This document shows, piece by piece, positions 1-9,608 of a stretch of DNA of 64,000 nucleotides. The stretch is taken from positions 992,001-1,056,000 of the forward strand of contig CBDCSU010000004.1 of NCBI GenBank assembly GCA_965221775.1, given 5' to 3'. The notes beneath the pieces are model-generated. The model did not search any database. It had not been told where the DNA came from and was given only the letters and a program-made list of their open reading frames with translations. A program made the translations under genes and the position numbers. Source of the stretch: Candidatus Latescibacterota bacterium. GTDB lineage: Bacteria; Latescibacterota; UBA2968; UBA8231. Positions within the stretch are counted from its first letter, which is position 1. Every line of letters begins with the position of its first letter.

Positions 1-128
1 TCGCCGGGCTCGAGGGTCCGAGTGTCGGTGGAGACACCCGTCACCGTCCGCTCTCTGGGCTTCTCCCCTCCTCTCCACTCCGCCCTCGTCCAGGTGCGGA
101 CCTCCTCGATGTGGATGTCGCGCCACAT
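1..128 (-). CDS. murF: UDP-N-acetylmuramoyl-tripeptide--D-Ala-D-Ala ligase, 5' part only (runs off window)
   Basis: Not in ORF track; ATG at 128 overlaps murE TAA; translates MWRDIHIEEVRTWTRAEW...VTGVSTDTRTLEPG, typical MurF N-terminus; dcw position. Confidence 0.85.
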   Translation of the reverse strand, partial: MWRDIHIEEVRTWTRAEWRGGEKPRERTVTGVSTDTRTLEPG

Positions 129-1579
129 TACTTGCCAAGCACCTGCCGAAGGACCTGGCGGTCATCGAAGTTCGTGGGTCCCTCGGCCAGGATCTGGTAC
201 GGTTCGTCCCCCTTGCCCGCCACCACCACCACGTCCCCTTCCCGGGCCTCCCGCAGGGCTGCATCGATGGCGCCACGGCGATCCGCACAAACCACGGCGG
301 AGCCGGCGTCGCGCATGCCGGCGGCGATCTGATCGATGATCTCCTCGGGCGGCTCCCCCCGCGGGTTGTCGGAGGTGAGGAAGACGAGATCGGCCAGATC
401 CTCGGCGACGCGCCCCATGAGCGGCCGCTTGCCCTTGTCGCGGTCGCCGCCGCAGCCAAAGAGGCAAAGAAGCCGGCCCCGCGTCAACTCCCTGGCCGTG
501 CGCAGCACCGTGTCGAGACCGGCGGGCGTGTGAGCGTAGTCGACGATGACCTCGAAGGGCTGGCCCTCCTCCAGGCGTTCGAAGCGGCCCGGCACCTGGG
601 ACACGGCGGCGATGCCCGACCGCACGGCGGCGGCATCGATCCCCAGGGCGACGCCGACGCAGACGGCGGCCATCACGTTGGAACGGTTGAACCGGCCCGC
701 CAAGGTGGTCTCCACCGACCACTCTCCGGCGGACGTCTCCAACCTCAGAAGGGTGGTGGAGCCCCCCCGGGTATCGAAGGAGGAGAGCCGTACATCCTCG
801 CCCCTCTCGCCGTAGGTGAGCACCCGGGCCGAGGTGCTTGCAGCCACCTCCGGGGCGTGGGGATCATCGGCGTTCACCACCGCCGCCCCTCCCTGGCCGA
901 GACCCCGGAAGAGAGTCGTCTTGGCCGCCAGGTAGGCCTCCTCGGTGCCGTGAAAGTCGAGGTGGTCTCTCGTGAGATTGGTGAACACGGCCACAGAGTA
1001 GTCGATCCCGTCGACGCGGCGGAGGGCCAGACCGTGGGAGGAGACCTCCATGACCAGAGCGTCGCATCCGGCGTCACGGGCCCTGGCGAGCAGCGCCTGC
1101 AGCCGGTCGGCCTCGGGCGTGGTGTTGTCGAGGCTCTCCATTCCGTCGCCGCAGGAGAATCCCAAGGTCCCGATGTAGGCACTGCGAGCCCCGGCGGCCT
1201 TCAGGACGTGGCGCACAAGCAGGGCCGTCGTAGACTTGCCGTTCGTCCCGGTAACTCCGACACGCCACCGGAAGGAGCGGGCCGGATAGCCGTGCAGCCG
1301 GGCCGCGAGGGCGGCCAGAGCCTGGCGGCAGTCCTCGACGCGGATGCGGGTCGACGGCAGACTCTCGTCCTCCTCCTCGACCACTACCGCCGGCGCCCCA
1401 CGGGCGAGGGCATCATCGACGAAAGCATGGCGGTCGATCTCCTGCCCGCCGCGAACCGCCACGAACAGGGCTCCCGGTCCGGCCCGGCGCGAATCGGAGA
1501 CGACGGATTCGATCTCCAGGTCCAGGGATCCGCCGATGTGGACGGGCTGGATCGCGCCGATCAGGTCGCGAAGCTTCAC
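128..1579 (-). CDS. murE: UDP-N-acetylmuramoyl-L-Ala-D-Glu--diaminopimelate ligase
   Basis: GVTGTNGKST P-loop, MEVSSH, NLTRDHLDFH, DYAHTP, DNPR (mDAP-type); GTG start overlaps ftsI stop (ORF track start 1990 overextended). Confidence 0.97.
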   Translation of the reverse strand: MKLRDLIGAIQPVHIGGSLDLEIESVVSDSRRAGPGALFVAVRGGQEIDRHAFVDDALARGAPAVVVEEEDESLPSTRIRVEDCRQALAALAARLHGYPARSFRWRVGVTGTNGKSTTALLVRHVLKAAGARSAYIGTLGFSCGDGMESLDNTTPEADRLQALLARARDAGCDALVMEVSSHGLALRRVDGIDYSVAVFTNLTRDHLDFHGTEEAYLAAKTTLFRGLGQGGAAVVNADDPHAPEVAASTSARVLTYGERGEDVRLSSFDTRGGSTTLLRLETSAGEWSVETTLAGRFNRSNVMAAVCVGVALGIDAAAVRSGIAAVSQVPGRFERLEEGQPFEVIVDYAHTPAGLDTVLRTARELTRGRLLCLFGCGGDRDKGKRPLMGRVAEDLADLVFLTSDNPRGEPPEEIIDQIAAGMRDAGSAVVCADRRGAIDAALREAREGDVVVVAGKGDEPYQILAEGPTNFDDRQVLRQVLGK

Positions 1580-3630
1580 CTCCGGGCCTCCCCCGGTGCC
1601 AGGGCCACCAGCTGCGGGCCCTGCAGCTTGCGCACCAGCACGGCCTGGCGCATCGGTGCCTCTGGCAGACCCAGGGCCAGCAGGTCGGCGCGGCTGCCGA
1701 GACGGCACAGGATGTCCGCCTCCGTGAGGCGTGATCTGGGCGCCGGCTCCTGGCCGACCACGATCGGGCCCGAACCCTCGAAGCGGAGGTTGAGATCCCG
1801 GCGGCGGGCCTGGACCCTGACCCGGAGCACGTCCAGTCCCCTGAAGTCGGGCACGACATCGCCGCGGACCTCGGTCCCGGCGTCGGCCAGGGCGTCCGGC
1901 CGGCTCCCGCCGGGTGCCTGCGACCCGTCGAGAATGAGGATCCGTTCCATCGTGCGGCGGAAGGCGGGAGCCGCCACGACGCCCCCCCACTTGCCGACCC
2001 GGGGGTTCTCCACGGAGATCAGGCAGAGGTAGCGAGGTTGCCCGGTGGCCGGGAGGAAACCGATGAAGGAGGCGATGTACTCGCCCTGGGCGTAGCCGCC
2101 GCCGCCCGGCAGGGCGCGTTGCGCGGTCCCCGTCTTGCCCGCCACCCGGACCCCTTCGATCGCCGCGTTGCGCCCCGTTCCGTCACTGACCACCCGCTGC
2201 AACATCCCCTTCAGGACCGAGGCCGTTCTGGCGGAGAGGACACGGCGCACGGGCTTCGGTTCCTCCCGCCGCAGGATCTGTCCCGCTGGATCCCGCACCT
2301 CCTGGACCACCTTCGGCGCCATCAGCATGCCCCCGTTGGCGATGGCGCTGAAGGCCTGCACCATCTGCACCGCGGTGACGCTGATCTCCTGGCCGATGGA
2401 GATCGTCTCCAGGGAGCGGTTGGACCAGTCGCGGGCATGACGCAACAGCCCGGCGCTCTCCGCCGGAAGGCCGATCCCGGTCCGGGTCCCGAAGCCGAAG
2501 CCGCGCAGGGACTGGTAGTAGCTCGACCGGTCCAGCCCTTGGGCGAGCTTGATCACCCCGATGTTGCTCGACTGGGCGACCACCTCGGCCGGTGTCATCC
2601 AGCCGTGGGGCTTGACGTCCCGGATGACGTCCCCCATGGACAGGACGTAGGCGCCCTCCTCGCAGTAGACCTTCCTCTCGAGGACCTTCGGGTCGTCGTC
2701 GAGGACGGCTGCCATGGTGATGGGCTTGAAGATCGAGCCCGGCTCGAAGGGATCGGTGACCAGACGGTTCCGGCGGTGGTTGGCGGGGACTCCGCCCGGA
2801 TCGTTCGGATCGAAGAGGGGAATGCCGGCCATGGCCAGGATCTCCCCGGACCGGGGATCGGCGATGATACCCAGGGCTCCCTCGGCCCGGGTCTCGGTCA
2901 CGGTGCGGGCCAGCTCCTCCTCCAGGATCTCCTGGATGGCGGCGTCGATGGTCAGATGGACGCTGGCGCCGTGCCGAGGGGCGGCGGTGGGCTGCGAACG
3001 CTCGGGGAGGATGTTCCCCAGGCCGTCGACGTAGGACCGGGCGGAACCGGCCCGTTCGGCGAGGATCTCCTCGAAGGCCAGCTCTGTCCCCTCCTGGCCC
3101 CGGTTCTCGATGTCGGTGAACCCCAGGAGCTGCCCGGCCAGGCGGCCGTAGGGATAGTGACGGCGGACCTCCAATTGCTCGTACACCCCTTCGAAGGTCT
3201 TCTGGCGAACCTGGCGGAGCCGCTCACCGTCGACCTGACGTAGGAGATAGACGAAGGGGTGTCCGCCGCTGATCAGCCGGGATACCGCGCTGGCGGAGCG
3301 CCGGCCGAACCGCATGAAGTGGGCCGTCACCGACTCGGGATCGCGGACCTGCGCGGGCCGGCAGTAGAAGGAGACGGCGGTGACGTCGAAGGCCAGCTCG
3401 CGGCCCTGGCGATCGAGGATGGCGCCGCGCCGTGCGCTCAGCGGGATCTGGCGCTGATGCTGGTTGCGGGCGCGCATCTGGTACGTGCCGTGGTCGATCG
3501 CCTGCAACTGCACCAGCCTCAAACCGATCAGCGACCAGATGAGACCTCCGGCGAGCAGGACCCACTTCAGGCGGTGGCGGCCGAGGTCAAAGGGGCGGCG
3601 TTCGTCTTCGTGGGAGCCGCGGCTTGTCAT
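1576..3630 (-). CDS. ftsI: Class B penicillin-binding protein FtsI with C-terminal PASTA-like domain
   Basis: N-terminal TM, RGAILDR, SIFK (SxxK), SSN, KTGT motifs; VPDFRGL...GSGPIVVGQEP PASTA-like tail; dcw context. Confidence 0.95.
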   Translation of the reverse strand: MTSRGSHEDERRPFDLGRHRLKWVLLAGGLIWSLIGLRLVQLQAIDHGTYQMRARNQHQRQIPLSARRGAILDRQGRELAFDVTAVSFYCRPAQVRDPESVTAHFMRFGRRSASAVSRLISGGHPFVYLLRQVDGERLRQVRQKTFEGVYEQLEVRRHYPYGRLAGQLLGFTDIENRGQEGTELAFEEILAERAGSARSYVDGLGNILPERSQPTAAPRHGASVHLTIDAAIQEILEEELARTVTETRAEGALGIIADPRSGEILAMAGIPLFDPNDPGGVPANHRRNRLVTDPFEPGSIFKPITMAAVLDDDPKVLERKVYCEEGAYVLSMGDVIRDVKPHGWMTPAEVVAQSSNIGVIKLAQGLDRSSYYQSLRGFGFGTRTGIGLPAESAGLLRHARDWSNRSLETISIGQEISVTAVQMVQAFSAIANGGMLMAPKVVQEVRDPAGQILRREEPKPVRRVLSARTASVLKGMLQRVVSDGTGRNAAIEGVRVAGKTGTAQRALPGGGGYAQGEYIASFIGFLPATGQPRYLCLISVENPRVGKWGGVVAAPAFRRTMERILILDGSQAPGGSRPDALADAGTEVRGDVVPDFRGLDVLRVRVQARRRDLNLRFEGSGPIVVGQEPAPRSRLTEADILCRLGSRADLLALGLPEAPMRQAVLVRKLQGPQLVALAPGEARR

Positions 3631-3914
3631 CGCGATGCCCTGACAAAGAGGTCGACCGTGGCGCCCGGGTCCGGATAGGTCATTCCGAGCTCGCCTTCAG
3701 CCCGCTGGCGCAGCAGACTCGGCCGACTCGCCAGGTCCAGGGAGGCCTCGAGCCGCGAGCTCTCCACCACCAGCGCCTGGGCCTTGGTCCTGGCCGCCTC
3801 GGAGGCGCGCGCCAGCTCCGAGACCTGCACCTTGATCCATACGTACGCCGTCGTCGCCGCCGCCATGGCGAGGACGGTCAGCACCCGGACCCAGTCGCCC
3901 TGAAACCAGGCCAT
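3627..3914 (-). CDS. ftsL: Cell division protein FtsL-like
   Basis: 95 aa, one TM followed by coiled coil ending ELGM; overlaps rsmH stop and ftsI start. Confidence 0.8.
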   Translation of the reverse strand: MAWFQGDWVRVLTVLAMAAATTAYVWIKVQVSELARASEAARTKAQALVVESSRLEASLDLASRPSLLRQRAEGELGMTYPDPGATVDLFVRASR

Positions 3915-4891
3915 CACCGGACGGCTCCTCGGGTGCCGCCGGAAGCGGAGGGGACCTTCTCGAAGAGTCGCAGGGTGGCGCTGCGGGACCGGGAGTTGGC
4001 GGCCTGCTCTCCGGCGCCGGGGCGGCGGGCCGGGCCCAGGCGCAGGAAAGTCGGCCGCCGGCCGCACGCACAGGCGGGCAACTCCGGCGGGCAGACACAG
4101 CCCCTTATAAGGCTGGCCATCCTTTGCTTGACGATCCGGTCCTCCAGGGAGTGGTAGGCGATGACGGCGAGCCGGCCGCCCGGTACGAGCAGGTCGACGG
4201 CCGCCCGGATCCCCTTCTCGAGCTCGGCCAACTCATCGTTGACGGCGATTCTCAGCGCCTGGAAGACCCGTGCCAAGGTCTTGGTCGGTCTTTCGGGGCG
4301 CGTCGATTCGATCGCCCTGGCCAGTTGCGCCGTCGTCTGCATGCGGCCTTCGTCCCTGGAACGGCAGATGGAACGCGCGATGCGCCTCGCCTTCCGTTCC
4401 TCACCATATCGTCGGATCAACTCCGCCAGGTCGGCCTCCCGAATCCGCGCCAGCAGTTGGCCTGCGGGCTCTCCGGCGCCTCGGTCCATGCGCATGTCCA
4501 GAGGACCGTCCTGGTGATAGCTGAATCCGCGTCCAGGCTCGTCGATCTGATGCGAACTGACCCCCAGATCGAAGAGCACCCCCTGCACTCCGGATCGCTC
4601 CAGGCGATCCAGGAATGGGGCCGCCGACCGGGCGAGGGAGGAAAACGCGCACTGGAGAAAGGTCACCCGTCCGCGGTACGGATCGAGCCGGCGGCCCGCC
4701 TCGTTCATAGCCGCCGCGTCCCGATCACATGCCAGCAGGTGCCCGCTCTCTCCGAGAACCCGCAGGAGGGCCTCCGCGTGCCCTCCCCCCCCGGTTGTTG
4801 CGTCCACATAGACCCCTGAGGGGTCCGTTGCCAACCCGGTGACGACCTCCTCGACCATGACCGGCACGTGGTAGGCCATCCTCGGGTTCAC
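3914..4891 (-). CDS. rsmH: 16S rRNA C1402 N4-methyltransferase
   Basis: HVPVM, DATTGGGGHA, DLGVSSHQID, PLDMRMD, FQALRIAVN, HSLEDR; alternative start ATG 4879. Confidence 0.97.
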   Translation of the reverse strand: MNPRMAYHVPVMVEEVVTGLATDPSGVYVDATTGGGGHAEALLRVLGESGHLLACDRDAAAMNEAGRRLDPYRGRVTFLQCAFSSLARSAAPFLDRLERSGVQGVLFDLGVSSHQIDEPGRGFSYHQDGPLDMRMDRGAGEPAGQLLARIREADLAELIRRYGEERKARRIARSICRSRDEGRMQTTAQLARAIESTRPERPTKTLARVFQALRIAVNDELAELEKGIRAAVDLLVPGGRLAVIAYHSLEDRIVKQRMASLIRGCVCPPELPACACGRRPTFLRLGPARRPGAGEQAANSRSRSATLRLFEKVPSASGGTRGAVR

Positions 4892-4912
4892 CGCTTCAGA
4901 GTGGCGCCGAAT

Positions 4913-5356
4913 TCACAGATCCAGCGTCTCGGCTACTTCCTCCAGGGTGGGCTCGGCCTGGGAGAGGTATCCCTGCCAGGCCTCCGGCTCCCAGAATTCG
5001 AGATGGTCCAGCGCCCCGATGACGACCAGGCGATCACTGATACCGGCCCGGTCCAGAAGCTTCTTCGGAAGCGACGCCCGGCCCTGACGGTCCAGTCTCA
5101 CCTCGGTCGCCTGGGACAGGAGTGCCCGCGTATAGAGTCTGACCCGCTGCTCCTTCCATGGGAGCTGCAGCATCCTCGCCGCGATCTGGGCCCACAGGTT
5201 GCGGGGATGTCCGGTGAGACACCCATCCAGCCCCCGGATGACCACGAAGGTGTCATCGGCCTCCGGCTCGAGGTTCCGCCGCAACTCGGCGGGCAGGAAG
5301 ATCCGGCCCTTGTCGTCGACGGGAACCTCGTACTCTCCGAGGAATTGTGCGCTCAT
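4913..5356 (-). CDS. mraZ: Division/cell wall cluster repressor MraZ
   Basis: Two AbrB-like repeats (VDDKGRIFLP, LDRQGRASLP); first gene of dcw. Confidence 0.97.
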   Translation of the reverse strand: MSAQFLGEYEVPVDDKGRIFLPAELRRNLEPEADDTFVVIRGLDGCLTGHPRNLWAQIAARMLQLPWKEQRVRLYTRALLSQATEVRLDRQGRASLPKKLLDRAGISDRLVVIGALDHLEFWEPEAWQGYLSQAEPTLEEVAETLDL

Positions 5357-5381
5357 GGGGCTCCTGAGAGGCCATTATCGC

Positions 5382-5425
5382 CCCGGTAGAACCATCAAGC
5401 TCCACATTACACCATTTTCCACCCC
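5382..5425 (-). promoter_or_regulatory. MraZ-binding direct repeats
   Basis: Minus strand GGGG/ATGG/GTGG/ATGG/CGGG in exact 10-bp register (plus-strand starts 5422, 5412, 5402, 5392, 5382) between -10 box and mraZ. Confidence 0.75.
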
Positions 5426-5430
5426 GGCAA

Positions 5431-5460
5431 AGTATACCTTCCCCACGCAGGGCATGTCAA
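5431..5460 (-). promoter_or_regulatory. sigma70-type promoter of dcw operon
   Basis: TTGACA-N18-TATACT on minus strand. Confidence 0.85.
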
Positions 5461-5653
5461 GAGGAATCGTACACCCCGGTACAGATCCCCGAGGAGATAT
5501 GTAACCGACTGTTATTTAGTCAGTTGAGGAGATTCTGTGCGAGGTCCCCGGCCGGTTTTCGCCGGAAGTGGGGCCGAAATGCGATTCCACCCCGGGTCAC
5601 CCTCGGGCGCCCCGGGCGAAGCTTCCGGAGCAGGGGTGGAGGGCCGGCGGCGG

Positions 5654-6265
5654 TCAGGGCTTCTCGAGGACGCGCCGGTGAATCGGTTTCCCCTGGCCCA
5701 CGAACTTGTCCTCGTAGTTCGTGCTCGCCCCTTCCCAGACCGCCTCCACGGGAAGCAGGAGGCCGTTGAACGGGTCGAGGGCTTCGAGGATCGCTTCGAA
5801 GTAGCCGTCGTGGTCGGTTGCGATCCACAACCGCCCGCCGGGGACGAGGATCCTCTGCGCCTCGGCGAGAAAGGCCTCGTCGAGCAACCGCCGCTTGTGA
5901 TGCCGTTTCTTCGGCCACGGGTCGGGGAAATAGACGTGAATGGCCCGGACCGAAGCGGCGGCGAGGAAGAACTCGACGAACTCCCTGGCGTCGCCGTGGA
6001 CGAAGCGGAGATTGGTGCAGCTCCGGCGCAGGGCCCTGGCATGGGCGAGGCGGAGGTACTTGGCCGCCTGCTCCACTCCGATGTAGTTCACCTCCGGGTG
6101 ACGCAGGGCGGCGTCGAGTAGGAAGCGTCCCTTGCCGATCCCGAGCTCAAGCTCGACGGGCCGGGAATTGCCGAACTGCGACTCCAGGTCGAGAACGGGA
6201 TCCTGGCCGGTCTCCTCGTCGAGACCGATGAGAAGGGAGTCGACGCCGGCGGGCGGCGCCACCAT
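5654..6265 (-). CDS. trmB: tRNA (guanine46-N7)-methyltransferase
   Basis: ELGIGKGRFL, FPDPWPKKRHHKRRL, ATD, TNYEDKF. Confidence 0.95.
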   Translation of the reverse strand: MVAPPAGVDSLLIGLDEETGQDPVLDLESQFGNSRPVELELGIGKGRFLLDAALRHPEVNYIGVEQAAKYLRLAHARALRRSCTNLRFVHGDAREFVEFFLAAASVRAIHVYFPDPWPKKRHHKRRLLDEAFLAEAQRILVPGGRLWIATDHDGYFEAILEALDPFNGLLLPVEAVWEGASTNYEDKFVGQGKPIHRRVLEKP

Positions 6266-6292
6266 CCGAAGGCGACCGAGGCGGCCGATGCC

Positions 6293-7483
6293 TCAGCCAG
6301 CCGCCTCGCTGTGGCCCGGGAGGCCGCAGAACTGGTTGTAGTCGATCAGCTCCTTGACGGTGGGGGCGTCGCCGCACACGGGGCAGGCCGCGTTCCGGCG
6401 CAGCTTCATCTCGCGGAACCTCATGTCGAGAGCATCGTACAGGATCAACCGGCCCACGAGGGGGACGCCCTGTCCGATGACGAGCTTGACGACCTCCGTG
6501 GCCTGGATCATGGCGACGGTTCCGGGCAGAACGCCGAGAACTCCCCCTTCGGCGCAGCTGGGCACCTCGCCGGGAGGCGGCGGCTCGGGATAGAGGCAGC
6601 GGTAGCAGGGCCCGCCCGCGGCGGGGTGGTAGACCGTCGCCTGACCCTCGAAGCGGAAGATGCTGCCGTCGACGACCGGCTTGCCGGAGAGGACGGCCGC
6701 GTCGTTGACCAGGTACCGCGTGGGGAAGTTGTCACAGCCGTTGACGATGATGTCGTAGCCGCCGATGAGGTCCATGGCATTGGCGGAGGTCATCAGCTCA
6801 TGGTGGGCCTCGACGCGGATGCCTGGGTTCAGCTTCAACAGCCGGTCGCGGGCGGCCTCGACCTTCGGCTGGCCGAGCACGTCTTCGCCGAAGAGAACCT
6901 GCCGCTGCAGGTTGCTCCGGTCGACGACGTCGGCGTCGACGAGGCCGACGGTGCCGACCCCGGCCGCGGCCAGGTAGAGGGCCGTCGGGCAGCCGAGGCC
7001 ACCGGCCCCGATGAGGAGCACCTTCGCCTTGAGCAGCTCCTGCTGGCCGCGCTCGCCGACCTCGGGCAGGATGATGTGCCGCGAGTAGCGCTGCAGGTCC
7101 TCGTCGGACAGGAGGCCGTCCTGCTCGATGCCGTATCCCGCGTCCTTCCAGCCCTTGATGCCGCCGATCATCGAGCTCACCCGGGTATAGCCCATGGCCA
7201 CCAAGTCGCGCGCGGCCAGGGCCGAGCGGTTGCCGCCGGCGCAGTAGAGGACGATCGGCTCCTCCCGGTCGAGGGTGACGTCGTCCTCGACGTTGAGCTC
7301 GAGGAAGCCCCGTGGGATGAGGTGCGAGCCGGGGATGTAGCCGTCCATGACCTCGTCGCGTTCGCGCACGTCGACGACGTGCCGGATCTGACCACTGTTC
7401 AGGGACCGCTTGACATCCTCGGGGGTGACCTCCGTGATCGACTTCTTGACCTCTTCGAGGAGCTGGCTCGAAGTGAGACCCAT
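6293..7483 (-). CDS. moeB: Rhodanese-MoeB/ThiF adenylyltransferase fusion (MoeZ-like, rhodanese N-terminal)
   Basis: DVRE and CAGGNRS rhodanese motifs; RYSRH, GAGGLG, SNLQRQ, CYRC, CPVC; start taken at ATG 7483. Confidence 0.92.
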   Translation of the reverse strand: MGLTSSQLLEEVKKSITEVTPEDVKRSLNSGQIRHVVDVRERDEVMDGYIPGSHLIPRGFLELNVEDDVTLDREEPIVLYCAGGNRSALAARDLVAMGYTRVSSMIGGIKGWKDAGYGIEQDGLLSDEDLQRYSRHIILPEVGERGQQELLKAKVLLIGAGGLGCPTALYLAAAGVGTVGLVDADVVDRSNLQRQVLFGEDVLGQPKVEAARDRLLKLNPGIRVEAHHELMTSANAMDLIGGYDIIVNGCDNFPTRYLVNDAAVLSGKPVVDGSIFRFEGQATVYHPAAGGPCYRCLYPEPPPPGEVPSCAEGGVLGVLPGTVAMIQATEVVKLVIGQGVPLVGRLILYDALDMRFREMKLRRNAACPVCGDAPTVKELIDYNQFCGLPGHSEAAG

Positions 7484-7559
7484 TCTGGTCTTCTCCGTCC
7501 TGTTGGTGAACTCGTCGGCCAAGAAGCTAGGGACCACCCCGCTTCCCGCAAGACCGTCC

Positions 7560-8765
7560 TCAAGCGAGAGAAGGCGCCGCGAGACGCCGGGCCTCGTGGA
7601 CGGTGCGCCGCGCCGCGTAGTCGATGTCGCCGGCCGTGTTGAAGCGTCCGATGCCGAAGCGCAGCGTCGCGGCCGCCGTGGCGTCGTCGCACCCGATCGC
7701 CTTGAGCACGTGGGACGGCTCGCCGGAGCCAGAAGAGCACGCCGAGCCCGCGGATACGGCCAGGTCCCGCAGAGCCAGCAGCAGATCGCTTCCGTGGATG
7801 CCGGTGAAGGAGACGCTCAGCGCCCCCGGCAGGCGTCCGCGAGGGTTGCCGTTGCGCCGGACCTGCCCTGCGAGGCCCTCGAGGAGCCGCGACTCCAGGT
7901 CGTCGCGCAGGCCCCCGATGCGCGCGGCATCGGCAACCATCTCCTCGGCGCCCAGGCGGCAGGCCTCGCCGAGGCCGACGATCCCGGGGACGTTGAGGGT
8001 GCCGGAACGCAGACCGCGCTCCTGACCCCCTCCGTCGATGAGCGGAGTCAGCCGCAGGGGCGGCCGGCGGCGGCGGACGAAGAGCGCCCCCTGCCCCTTC
8101 GGTCCGTAGAGCTTGTGGGCCGAGATCGACAGCAGGTCGATGGGAAGCCCGGCGACGTCCACCGGCACCTTGCCCGCGGCCTGGGCGGCGTCGCAGTGCC
8201 AGATGACACCGCTGGCCGCCACCAGGCGCCCGATCTCCTCCAGAGGCTGCAGGGTGCCGAGCTCGTTGTTGGCGGCCATCAGGGAGAGCAGGACCGGCTC
8301 CTCGGCGAGGGCCTCCTCCAGCCGCTCGAGGTCGACGCTCCCGGCGCTGTCGACGGGCAGACGAGTCACCCGGAAGCCGCGGCGCTCCAGGGCGGCGAAG
8401 ACGTCGATCACGGCTCGATGTTCGGTGACGCAGGTCACGAGGTGGTCGCCGCGGTCCCGGTTCGCCTCGGCCACGCCCTTGATGGCCAGGTTGTTGGCCT
8501 CGGTGGCGCCGCTGGTGAGGACGATCTCGCGCGGGGCGGCCCCGATCAGGGCCGCCACCTGGGCGCGGGCCCGGTCGACGGCCTCCGCCGCCCTCCAGCC
8601 GTAGGCGTGGGTCCTGCTGGAAGGATTGCCGAAGTGGGTGGCGAAGTACGGCCACATCGCCTCCAGGACTCGGGGGTCCAGGGGCGTGGTGGCCAGATTG
8701 TCGAGGTAGGGTGTGTACCGCGCAGGCCCGCCCGGAGGCAGGTCAGACGGAGAACGACTCGCCAC
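7560..8765 (-). CDS. iscS: Cysteine desulfurase, IscS type
   Basis: YLDNLATTP, FGNPSSRTH, SGATEANN, SAHKLYGPKG, GSACSS; start uncertain (overlaps iscA by 23 nt). Confidence 0.9.
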   Translation of the reverse strand: MASRSPSDLPPGGPARYTPYLDNLATTPLDPRVLEAMWPYFATHFGNPSSRTHAYGWRAAEAVDRARAQVAALIGAAPREIVLTSGATEANNLAIKGVAEANRDRGDHLVTCVTEHRAVIDVFAALERRGFRVTRLPVDSAGSVDLERLEEALAEEPVLLSLMAANNELGTLQPLEEIGRLVAASGVIWHCDAAQAAGKVPVDVAGLPIDLLSISAHKLYGPKGQGALFVRRRRPPLRLTPLIDGGGQERGLRSGTLNVPGIVGLGEACRLGAEEMVADAARIGGLRDDLESRLLEGLAGQVRRNGNPRGRLPGALSVSFTGIHGSDLLLALRDLAVSAGSACSSGSGEPSHVLKAIGCDDATAAATLRFGIGRFNTAGDIDYAARRTVHEARRLAAPSLA

Positions 8766-9066
8766 AGCCGCAGGTGGTCCGGGCGTTGGGGTTCTCCACC
8801 TGGAAGCCGGCCCCCATCAGACCATCGTCGTAGCGCAGGACGACACCGTTGAGGTAGAGGCTGCTCTTGGGATCGACGAAGAGGCGGACACCGTTGGACT
8901 CGATGACCTGATCCATCTCGCCGGCCGCCTCTTCGAAATCGAGCTGGTACTGGAAGCCGGAGCACCCGCCTCCCCGGACCGCCACGCGCAGGCCGCGTTC
9001 CGGGGTACCCTCCCTGTCCAGAAGGCTCCGGATCTTCTCAGCGGCTTCGTCGGAAACGGTGATCAT
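8743..9066 (-). CDS. iscA: HesB/IscA/ErpA Fe-S carrier
   Basis: GGGCSG and CGCGESF; start ATG 9066. Confidence 0.92.
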   Translation of the reverse strand: MITVSDEAAEKIRSLLDREGTPERGLRVAVRGGGCSGFQYQLDFEEAAGEMDQVIESNGVRLFVDPKSSLYLNGVVLRYDDGLMGAGFQVENPNARTTCGCGESFSV

Positions 9067-9097
9067 CGGCTTTGGCAGGGGGGCGGCAAGGGTGTGC

Positions 9098-9559
9098 TCA
9101 GCGTCGGAAGATGGCGTACTCCACGAGGTCGGGGACATCCTCGTGACATCGGTAGGTCTCGCAGTTGTGGCAGTCACGCTCGAAGACCGGTATCTCGCAA
9201 AGGAGACATCCGCGCAGTACTTGGATACCGCGCAGGTTTCGCTCCTTCATCTCCTCGTACTGGGCGATCCGTCGGTCGATCTCCTCCTGCTGACCCTGGA
9301 GGAGGTCGATCATCTGACATGCCAGATCGCCGCCGGTCTCGGCCGTCTCGCGCACGGAGAACAACCGGCGCACCTGCTCCAGCTCGAAACCCAGGGCCTT
9401 GAGGCCCTGGATGATCTGCAACCGGCGCAGCTGATCGGCGCCATACTGCCTGAAGCCGCCGTTGGTCCGCGCCACGGGCTCGATGATCCCGAGCTCCTCG
9501 TAGTAGCGGAGGGTCCGCGTCGAGACACCTGCGCGCGCGGCCAAGTCACCGATCTGCAT
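9098..9559 (-). CDS. MerR-family regulator with Cys-rich C-terminus
   Basis: IGDLAARAGVSTRTLRYYEELGII HTH; coiled coil; CLLC-x8-CHNC-x4-CH tail. Confidence 0.9.
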   Translation of the reverse strand: MQIGDLAARAGVSTRTLRYYEELGIIEPVARTNGGFRQYGADQLRRLQIIQGLKALGFELEQVRRLFSVRETAETGGDLACQMIDLLQGQQEEIDRRIAQYEEMKERNLRGIQVLRGCLLCEIPVFERDCHNCETYRCHEDVPDLVEYAIFRR

Positions 9560-9608
9560 TGTGGGTTCAGGGACTGCCAAGAGGTTGTTTCTATTCGACT
9601 CTCGCGCG

